NCBI GenBank assembly: GCA_964036045.1
Contig: OZ038378.1
Span: 194,246,001 to 194,310,000 of the forward strand
Source of the DNA: Eutreptiella sp. 'Long Island Sound 2002'
Taxonomy: Eukaryota; Protista; Euglenida
Length of the DNA: 64,000 bases
Direction of reading: 5' to 3'
The notes below the pieces were generated by a model. It did not search any database and had not been told where the DNA came from. It worked only from the letters and a program-made list of their open reading frames with translations. Shown piece after piece: positions 47,420 through 56,726 of the stretch; position 1 is the first letter of the stretch; every line of letters begins with the position of its first letter. The translations under genes were made by a program, and so were the position numbers.

Positions 47420-48757
47420 ATGTTTTTTTCGTGTTGCATGCATTTGTGGGTTGAACGAAGTTGCTGCACAACATTTGCACATGTTGTCTCCAGTTCTCAT
47501 AAGAGCTTATTTCTTGACGCACCGATGTCGACTCGCTCAGCCACGCATTCCATGGCCAGTGACCTCATGTTGGCACAAGAGTACTGTTTCTGGAGAGACA
47601 ACTACGAGGTGGTGATTGTGAAGAATAGACGCCGAAAGTCGTCGCAGCGCACTGAGCTGGTGCAGTTGAATCGCGTCACCTCATGGGGCGCGTACCAAGC
47701 AAGCGTAATCATGCACATGGCCCAGACCCCACAGAACGGCAGTCTGCACATCTTTCGCAAGGGAATCGCCCCAGAGTACGAAGATCCTTTGAATCGGAAT
47801 GGCGGTCTCTTTAAGCTGACGTTTCAAGCCACAAGTTGTGCTGCGGATGCGTTCACAGTGCTGTGCGGTTCCTTCGTGCTGGGGCACCTCCCGAACCACG
47901 TGGCAGTGAATGGGGTAACATTTGCCAAAAAGGGGACGAGTTGTGGTCTGAAGGTGTGGGTTGGGAGCAGGGCCAAGCAGGTGGTGGCCCACGTTCAGGA
48001 GTGGTTCACGAAAGAATTGGATGGCTTCATCTCGTCCTGTCTGTTCTGCCCCATTGTGTCGCTGCTGACCTCCATTCAGAAGAAGCAAGCTGCACTGTGT
48101 GTGCCACCACAGCCCATCCAGCAACCACAAGGCCCAAACCCTAGAGACGCCATCGGGATCCTCAAGGTACCACCACCACCCCCAGTGATGATGCCCGCAG
48201 TCACCACCGCAGGCAACATGGGAATCATCCCTTGGGACTTGGTGCAACAGCCGGATGTCGCTGGCAGCCCAAGCCTGTTTCTTCTCAACGAAGCATCGTT
48301 CTCGAGTGATGGTAGCGACCCTGACACGGCTGCGTCTGGTAGATCCCTGGGATACAGCAGTCAGGCCTCCACTTCCGACGTCAATGACCGAGCACGCGAT
48401 TCGCAGCTGTTGTCGCTGTCCCGAGACGAGTGTATACTGGAGCAGGCCGTTGAAGAATGTGTACAGGATGTCCAACAAATGGAGGCATCGGGTCCTCAGG
48501 TGCCTGCCGCGCTTTCAGTCGTCCACAATGTGTTTGAGGATGATGCCATGAGGTGCCTGATGAGCAGGTCTCGGTACTCACAAGCCTGGGCTGTAGAAGC
48601 AGCGGACGCCGTGAGAAAGCGGCTGCAAGCCACCGCAGAGCGGTGCCGTGCATTTCCTCGCGATTTTATGGAAGTGCGGGTCGTGCAAACCTCTCCGCAA
48701 GCCCCATGCCGTACATGCTCTGACGATTCTGACGAATGTATGGGCAGATGGGGATAG
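47420..48757 (+). CDS. eIF4E: Atypical eIF4E-family protein, copy 3 (likely start 47525)
   Basis: 445-aa ORF, near-identical to copies 1 and 2. Confidence 0.88.
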   Translation: MFFSCCMHLWVERSCCTTFAHVVSSSHKSLFLDAPMSTRSATHSMASDLMLAQEYCFWRDNYEVVIVKNRRRKSSQRTELVQLNRVTSWGAYQASVIMHMAQTPQNGSLHIFRKGIAPEYEDPLNRNGGLFKLTFQATSCAADAFTVLCGSFVLGHLPNHVAVNGVTFAKKGTSCGLKVWVGSRAKQVVAHVQEWFTKELDGFISSCLFCPIVSLLTSIQKKQAALCVPPQPIQQPQGPNPRDAIGILKVPPPPPVMMPAVTTAGNMGIIPWDLVQQPDVAGSPSLFLLNEASFSSDGSDPDTAASGRSLGYSSQASTSDVNDRARDSQLLSLSRDECILEQAVEECVQDVQQMEASGPQVPAALSVVHNVFEDDAMRCLMSRSRYSQAWAVEAADAVRKRLQATAERCRAFPRDFMEVRVVQTSPQAPCRTCSDDSDECMGRWG

Positions 48758-48793
48758 TGCAAATCAGCGATGGATTTAATTTTGGCGCTACTC

Positions 48794-49361
48794 GGGGGTC
48801 CGGGTCCGGGGCCGGGGGGGGGAGGGGGGGCGGTCAGTTTTTGTGACTGGTCACAAAAAACATACAGGGCCATAGTGAGAAAGTGCGGCCCCGAAAAAAT
48901 CTTGTGACCAAAAAGGTTGTCTTCGGTAGAATGTCTCCTGCGTCTGGCTGTAGTGCAAATTGACCGTGACTGTGTCTGCTTGCACTTTTGCTCCTCCTTT
49001 GCATCTATCAGTACCAGTTCATCTAGTGACAGTGGCAGCGATAGTGGCACTGGCAGCGACAGTGACAAGTGACAGTGATGGTAGCTGCAGGGAGCAAGAC
49101 AATTTTGTCACTGTGAGTGATGATAGTGAATGACATTGAGACATTGAATGACATTGAATGACGTTAACAATGTTGCATCCACAGGGCCCTATGCTTATCA
49201 TGAGTGCTGTTGCATCACCCCCCCCCCCCCATGTACATGTATGGGCTGAGGGCTGCCCCAAACCCCTGGTTTTAGGTCACCTTTTTTTGTGACCAGATAT
49301 TGTGACCTTTTTCATGACCAAGGGGGGGGGGGTTGGTGAGGGGCCCCGGACCCCCCCCTCC
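48794..49361. mobile_element. MITE-like element, copy 3
   Basis: Same termini and internal motifs as 17847-18418. Confidence 0.55.
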
Positions 49362-49831
49362 AGTTAGATCCAACCCTGGTGCAAATGCGGCTGCAAGCCT
49401 ATGGGCATATATGGGCCTGTGGGCATGTGCTGCTTTGCATGAAGGGGGCAGGTTTGTGCCTGTGGCATCGCTTGGCTTGAGGTACTGTTACACAATGTAT
49501 GCATATCCTCTGTTGATGGCAACCACATGTTTCTCATGCATTGCAGGATGGCAATCCTTCCTTTTTGTGCACAAATGGTGCGAGACCACCATTGCTCCTG
49601 CCCCTCCTGCACCATGCAAGGGGGGCAGCCGGTATCCTATTTTGTGGATGTTCCATCTGCTTTTGGACCGTGGCCCTGCCCTGACTGCCAAGCAGAAACC
49701 CGCCAGTGACCCTGATCCTGTGGAACCTGAACCCTTAAGGGTTCCGTTACAACAGCACCCTCAGCCGCAGGCAGGACGCACAAGGGATGTCCCAACTGGG
49801 CACTACTTCCACACGGCATCCCCCAAGCAAA

Positions 49832-50769
49832 GGGGGTACCGTGCGCTGTGCGCGCGCTGTGCGCGCTTTGCGAAAAGTAGGCCATTTTCCACCACCGGTA
49901 AGCAGTTTTTTGGGTGTAGGATTGCCGCAGGGTACTATTGCCGTTGTGTGTCCTTGTAGCATCAACCCTCCCCCTTCTTGCATGTATGTACCCTTGCAAA
50001 CGGGCACCCTGAGGCCGGTATATGGTGATACATTCTCAGGGTGTTTGCTGCGGGGCATCATCTTTTGCTCTCATTTCTCAGACCCTCTATTGCACTCACC
50101 ATGGACTTTAATGTTGCTGATAGGGTGTTCTACACTCGCTCCAATGGGATGCGAGTTCCTGCCACAGTGGTGGGGTTTGCGCCCTACGGCTTGCTCCACT
50201 CGGAGTATTTCCAAGACGCGGTGAAGGTGGTGAATCGGCAGTGCAAAGTTGAGTCCATCTCCTTTGCCATCCCGAGTGCCGACTCACCGCCCCCCTCCAC
50301 ACGCAGCCCTTCGCCCCCACCCGACAATCGGAGAAGGAGTCCATCAAAATCGGCAACTCCATCACCCCGTGCAAAGCCGCGCGCCCCCAAGACTACAAAA
50401 CGGTCTCGGGAGGGTGGTAAGCAGCTCGCTGCCACCATGAAGATCTTGAAGGGTGGGCTGAGTTCGTTAATTTCGGAAGATTGGAAGGAAGTTCTTGAAT
50501 GGCTGCTGAAGCGGAAGGAGGACACGGGCAAGATGAAGTGGGATGACGCCGCTTGGCATTTCTTACCACGATGGGGAATTGCTGACAGCAACGACCCACA
50601 GTGGGATGCCTGGCGGCGGTGGATAATTCTGAGAACACGACACATTTGAATTTCGGACTTTTGAATTGCTCATGCATGCTTATAGAGGTGGCAGGTTTTC
50701 AGGCTGGCTGTTACCGGGATAAACACCGTAATAACTGGCGCTGTGCGCGCGCTGTGCGAAAACGCCCCC
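49832..50769 (+). mobile_element. 938-bp non-autonomous GGGGG...CCCCC element, TSD AAA
   Basis: AAA at 49829-49831 and 50770-50772; empty site AAGCAAAGGGCAGCC in three other units (for example about 1278); (GCTGTGCGCGC)n at both ends. Confidence 0.9.
50101..50649 (+). CDS. 182-aa transposon accessory protein: Tudor/SH3-like N-domain, Pro/Ser/Arg linker, Trp-rich Myb/SANT-like C-domain
   Basis: Intact ATG-to-TGA ORF filling the element. C-terminus EDWKEVLEWLL...KWDDAAWHFLPRWG...QWDAWRRW. Harbinger elements are known to encode a Myb/SANT-like second protein. The fold assignments are inference. Confidence 0.65.
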   Translation: MDFNVADRVFYTRSNGMRVPATVVGFAPYGLLHSEYFQDAVKVVNRQCKVESISFAIPSADSPPPSTRSPSPPPDNRRRSPSKSATPSPRAKPRAPKTTKRSREGGKQLAATMKILKGGLSSLISEDWKEVLEWLLKRKEDTGKMKWDDAAWHFLPRWGIADSNDPQWDAWRRWIILRTRHI

Positions 50770-50970
50770 AAAGGGCAGCCGGGAGGATGTGGCACCGCAT
50801 TCGTGACAAGGGGAGCGGTATGTCTGCATCAATGAGGTCTGGAACACGGATTATACCCCGACCAGTGGGTTGACTGCCAGAGTCACTCTGTTTTACAATA
50901 AAGGGCCTCCCTTTTCCTGCACTGAGCTGTAGACCAATACCGGTATCTTCTTGCATACACCTATAGATTT

Positions 50971-51483
50971 ATGCATAGGCGTTTTACAAAGTTGCCCCTG
51001 CAATTCTTATCACATCCTTTACGGTCAGCAGTGTCTCCACACGAGGCTGGCAGCTGCAAGGGACGCACAACATTTGCACAAGTACTGACGCTTTGGACGA
51101 CCTTGCTTACACAAGCGATCCCACAAAATTTGTTGGCTGATGTCAAAACCTTTACCAGCACCCCTCATGCCGCTTTCCTACAGGCACCATCCTGTATTGC
51201 AACACCCCCCAGCCACCCCCCTCGCCAGCCCCTACTGATGCACTCCTAGCATGTTTATCAGATATCCTACAACAAATGCAGCAGCTTCACGTACCCAGTG
51301 AACCGTGGTCTCAGGGCTGGGTACTTCCTATCCCACGCCCCATTTACAAGGGCATTGATTTTTCAAATGTCCCAGTTGTTTGTCCACGTTGACGACAATA
51401 CTATTGTGGCTGCATCCCAGGCCCAGTTGCAAGCTGCCCTCTATACCGAGTGCATGTTTTGGACCCCCAAATATGAGCGCTGA
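50971..51483 (+). pseudogene. Non-LTR RT fragment, disrupted
   Basis: RT motifs; first of three tandem copies. Confidence 0.7.
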
Positions 51484-52137
51484 TTCTTGCACCGGAAAGG
51501 GCATTCCATCCCAAATAGGACACTATTCCGTGCAGTTTGCGTCTCGTCCCGCCCCATTGGCTCCACGAGGCATGTATCACAGCATGCGCCTGGAAGTACA
51601 GGACTGCCATGGATCAACGTGCCCGCCCTGTGTGCAACTGCAACAGGGCCTGTGGTTCTGATGTCACTGTCCCTTCCCTCCACAGGCCTTGCCATGCCTC
51701 AAATGCCCCTTACCCCGGGCCCGGGTGCCACCACACATGTTCCCCCCCCCCCCCCCAATGCCCCACCAAACATAACCGTCTTGAAACAAGCACATGGCTG
51801 TTGCATGGTTTGGAAGAGAAGGTCTGTCTGATCTGTGCGTTCGAACCTGATTGCGGTGGTGTTGATGGATCGCCTCGTTGGGCATATGGTTGAATGATGA
51901 AATGTTTGTGTCTGCTGGTCAACAAGCTTTTAAATTCAAGGGAACACATCTCATAGGAGGTCGGCTGAAGAAGTGGAAGCAGCACATATTGGGAGAGCTC
52001 TGACTGGTGCACTGAACACAGGATTGATGCCCTCCTCCTCCTCCAATGCCAAAGGGAGAGGGGGCTTCCTTTGCATCTCAGTTTTGCTCCGTCACTGAGG
52101 ATGACAAGTTGGCGCAGACCCCTTACTAAACTGTTAA

Positions 52138-52674
52138 ATGCCGAAAACACACACAGTATATGCTTTTTACAAAGTTGCCCCTGCAATTCTTATAACATCC
52201 TTTATGGTCAGCAGTGTCTCCACACGAGGCGGGCAGCTGCAAGGGACACACAACATTTGCACAAGCACTGACGCTTTGGACGACCTTGCTTACACAAGCG
52301 ATCCCACAATATGTGTGTATTTGTTGGCTGACGTCAAAACCTTTACCAGCACCCCTCATGCCGCTTTCCTACAGGCACCATCCTGTATTGCAACACCCCC
52401 CAGCCACCCCCCTCGCCAGCCCCTACTGATGCACTCCTAGCATGTTTATCAGATATCCTACAACAAATGCAGCGGCTTCACGTACCCAGTGAACCGTGGT
52501 CTCAGGGCTGGGTACTTCCTATCCCACGCCCCATTTACAAGGGCATTGATTTTTCAAATGTCCCAGTTGTTTGTCCACGTTGACGATAATACTATTGTGG
52601 CTGCATCCCAGGCCCAGTTGCAAGCTGCCCTCTATACCGAGTGCATGTTTTGGACCCCCAAATATGAGCGCTGA
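52138..52674 (+). pseudogene. Non-LTR RT fragment with internal TAG
   Basis: RT motifs; second tandem copy. Confidence 0.7.
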
Positions 52675-53327
52675 TTCTTGCACCGGAAAGGGCATTCCAT
52701 CCCAAATAGGACACTATTCCGTGTAGTTTGCGTCTCGTCCCGCCCCATTGGCTCCACGAGGCATGTATCACAGCATGCGCCTGGAAGTACAGGACTGCCA
52801 TGGATCAACGTGCCCGCCCTGTGTGCAACTGCAACAGGGCCTGTGGTTCTGATGTCACTGTCCCTTCCCTCCACAGGCCTTGCCATGCCTCAAATGCCCC
52901 TTACCCCGGGCCCGGGTGCCACCACACATGTCCCCCCCCCCTCCCCAATGCCCCACCAACCATAACCGTCTTGAAACAAGCACATGGCTGTTGCATGGTT
53001 TGGAAGAGAAGGTCTGTCTGATCTGTGCGTTCGAACCTGATTGCGGTGGTGTTGATGGATCGCCTCGTTGGGCATATGGTTGAATGATGAAATGTTTGTG
53101 TCTGCTGGTCAACAAGCTTTTAAATTCAAGGGAACACATCTCATAGGAGGTCGGCTGAAGAAGTGGAAGCAGCACATATTGGGAGAGCTCCGACTGGTGC
53201 ACTGAACACAGGATTGATGCCCTCCTCCTCCTCCAATGCCAAAGGGAGAGGGGGCTTCCTTTGCATCTCAGTTTTGCTCCGTCACTGAGGATGACAAGTT
53301 GGCGCAGACCCCTTACCAAACTGTTAA

Positions 53328-53879
53328 ATGCCGAAAACACACACAGTATATGCTTTTTACAAAGTTGCCCCTGCAATTCTTATAACATCCTTTATGGTCA
53401 GCAGTGTCTCCACACGAGGCTGGCAGCTGCAAGGGACACACAACATTTGCACAAGTACTGACGCTTTGGACGACCTTGCTTACACAAGCGATCCCACAAT
53501 ATGTGTGTATTTGTTGGCTGACGTCAAAGCCTTTACCAGCACCCCTCATGCCGCTTTCCTACAGGCACCATCCTGTATTGCAACACCCCCCAGCCACCCC
53601 CCTCGCCAGCCCCTACTGATGCACTCCTAGCATGTTTATCAGATATCCTACAACAAATGCAGCGGCTTCACGTACCCAGTGAACCGTGGTCTCAGGGCTG
53701 GGTACTTCCTATCCCACGCCCCATTCGCTTTGGCGCGCCTCACAAGGGCATTGATTTTTCAAACGTTACAGTTGTTTGTCCACGTTGACGACAATACTAT
53801 TGTGACTGCATCCCAGGCCCAGTTGCAAGCTGCCCTCTATACTGAGTGCATGTTTTGGACCCCCAAATATGAGCTCTGA
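53328..53879 (+). pseudogene. Non-LTR RT fragment with internal TAG
   Basis: RT motifs; third tandem copy. Confidence 0.7.
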
Positions 53880-54132
53880 TTCTTCTCACCCTCTACCTCT
53901 CCTCTGCTGCTGAATCATCTGAAAGGGACATTGCAATCCAATTGAAAACTGCTTCCTTCCCCTGCATCTGTGGGATCAGTATCCTGCTCAGCTTTGTGTG
54001 GTATGAAATGCACTTCAGCTTTCCCCACTGGGAAAGTGGACACTTGTGCAGTACTGCAGGCTTTGCATCAAGGAGTTGTCATGCTTTACCTTCCCTTCAT
54101 CGGCATATGTTGGGGCGAGTCCGCGGGTGCTA

Positions 54133-54905
54133 GGACACCAACTACCCCTGCCGCCCCCACCTGCCCAACCCCCCCCCCCCCCTGGCGCTTTTGGCCAGGC
54201 GCCTTTGGCCAACAGTTAGTGAAATAAGCCCTTTTTGAGCCCATTGCAAGCCATTTTGGCCACTCCAAAGTCACAAAACGCCTTGAAAATGGGCTGTTTT
54301 GGGACCAAAAATCAGTCAAAAATGGATCAAAAATGTGCTTTTCCAAAGATATATTTGGACCACTTGGGGTGCCTAAACAAGTGGAATGAGCCCATTTTCA
54401 GACCATGATGAACCATTTTGGCCCCTCTCAAGGCCGAAAGGGCCTTGAATATGGGCCAATCTGGGACCACAAATGGCTCAAAAACAGGTCAAAACCATGG
54501 TTTTCCAAAAATAATCCTAGTCCAGTTGTGGTGCCCAAACGGATGAACACAGCTCGTTTTGAGCCCCTTTTGAGCTGCTCTCATCCACTTTCCAGTGCGT
54601 ACCTCATTTGTCGTTGAAGTCTCCTAGACGATGTTCCTTCCCCCACCAGCTCGGTCCCAATATTCAATCCTGGTATGGTTAGAGAGAGGGCAAGGGGAGG
54701 TAAGGGGAGCCTGTGATGGACCAACGCTTGGCCTTGGGGGCATGTACCCCCCAAATTGCCCCACCTGGACCCCCCTCCCCCAACCAACCCTCCCGGACTC
54801 CCCCGCTCTTGGGCAAAAGCCCCCCCACATCCCCCCTTCCCTAGCCGCCCCCCCCCCCCCAGGGGGCCTCCTACCAACGGTTAGTTGGGGGGGTAGTTGG
54901 CATCC
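54133..54905. mobile_element. About 773-bp MITE-like TIR element, copy
   Basis: Same termini and interior as 21038-21813. Confidence 0.6.
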
Positions 54906-56424
54906 AGAACCGAGGGGTCCCCCCCCCAGGTCAATATGGGTGGCAAAGTGGTGGTGTAGCTGTAATTCCATGTCCTCTTGTGTTCTGGGGTGCATGCTGG
55001 CCTGTTGCTTTGTATTGTCATGTTTTGAGGCTCGGGTTGGCTTATGTTTGCAACATGTGTTCTGTGTTACATGCCTCGTGGTAACACGGGCTGGTCCAAA
55101 CACGGCGACCCCATGTTTCTGCATTTTTGCCCATTGAACTAGGACCCGACCTGTGTTAGGACAGTGGGTGACACTTGTGCATGGCCAGAATTGACTGGGT
55201 TATCATGAGGGCCCCCATGTGCCTTGACCACAAATACCACCCAGCTCCCCCCTTGGGCCGAAATCCCAACCCCCACCCCCCAATCCCTTGAAGGTTTACC
55301 AACCTGTGTCACAATTGCAATTGCCCTGCATGCATGCCATGCATGCCTGCCTGTGTTTTGCAAAACCCTCAGACTTTACAATGTATCCTCCCATTCCGCC
55401 CCCCCCCCCCCAAAAAAATATTAAAGCTAACAGAATTGCCCCCCCTCCCCACGCCCCAGCAATCATTCTGCCAGCTTGTCGGGGTTTGTTGTGGCCCTCA
55501 GTCCCCATGTACTGTTGAATTTAGGTTAGAGGTCTTGGCGGACACCAGCGCCAGACTGTACATACGCAGATGTTTGACATTGATCTGAATCATCAGTGGA
55601 ACTGCCGAACATTGCTGTATATGCATACCAGGACGTGCATGTGTGGAGCGCTTTGTTGACCTGCATGCGGCCCCTGCCCCAGCCGGAATGGACAATCATG
55701 CGCCCCCACCCCAGCCCCCCAAACAATATTCCCCTCCCCCCAGCCCGGAGCGGACAACCATGGCCCGGCCATTTTGGACCAAATCTTGGACCAAATCTTT
55801 TCTGCTCCAAGAGCACACTGGGAAGCCCACGGGCGTGGTGGTTCCTGCTGCATAACCTGGAGTCAGAGCCAGATCAGACTAGCGCAAGTGATGTTCCAGC
55901 CCCCTCCCCCCCCACCATCGTTTTCAAAGCACCTCTTCACCTTGACAACCCTAGAATGGTGCATTTCTGCAAACTGCAAATTGTCATTTACTGCGTTAAA
56001 TGATTGGTTTCCAGTGCGCACCTTCTCTGGTCTGTAATCCATTCAATGAGCCAGAAACTGTTTCTTCTGTCATTCCTGGGGTGCATAGTTTCTCTTCATT
56101 TCCATTGACATGCAAGTGTGCAGGCTCTTTGCAGGATTGTAATTCCACAACGTGCGTCAGAGCTTCCTCCACCTGTCAGTCCATTGTCGGGATGGTTCTG
56201 TGGGGAGTGAGTGAGCTCTTATATTATTTTTATTATTCTTATTGTCAGAAGTATAAGAACAATAATTACATGACATGGAGGCGTGCAGCAGACCCAATGA
56301 CCAGAGAGCACAATGGGCAATCAAACGCCCACGCACATGGGGGACATAACCCCACCAGGGACGCCAGGAAAGTTTTTCCCGGTTTTCTCATGACAGAAAT
56401 TTTCCACATCAACAGATTTCATTT

Positions 56425-56726
56425 CACGGTCGGGCCGCCTTATCTTATGCCATATTTGTCAGGGTATGAAGCCTGCCCCCCGCCCCCCCCCTTTCTTGGC
56501 AGCCCCCCCTTCCCCACCCCACCCACCCAGCCCCCCCCCCCCTTTCTTGGCAGCCCCCCCCCTTTGTTGGCAGCCCCCTTTCCCCCCCCCCCAGACCCAG
56601 CCCCCCCCCCCCCCTCTCTTCTTGGCCCCCCAGTCCCACCCCCCCCCCCCCCCTCCCCCCCGCCCTGAAAGTGGTCCGAGAGTGGGAGGGAGTCGGCGTA
56701 TGGCCCGTTGCTACGGCCCCCCCGTG
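56425..56726. mobile_element. 302-bp C-rich MITE, hAT-like (13-bp TIR, 8-bp TSD with 1 mismatch)
   Basis: CACGGTCGGGCCG versus the reverse complement of CGGCCCCCCCGTG (11/13). Flanks TTTCATTT / TTTCATTC. Empty site at about 9820, 28338 and 43135. Confidence 0.75.

Larger units (their letters stand above)
50961..53879 (+). repeat. Tandem 1.17-1.19 kb repeat of the RT-containing segment (3 RT copies here, 2 at 19068-20784, 2 at 38877-40594, 1 at 1965-2516)
   Basis: The junction motif TTTTACAAAGTTGCCCCTGCAATTC recurs at about 50982, 52165 and 53355. Confidence 0.9.
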
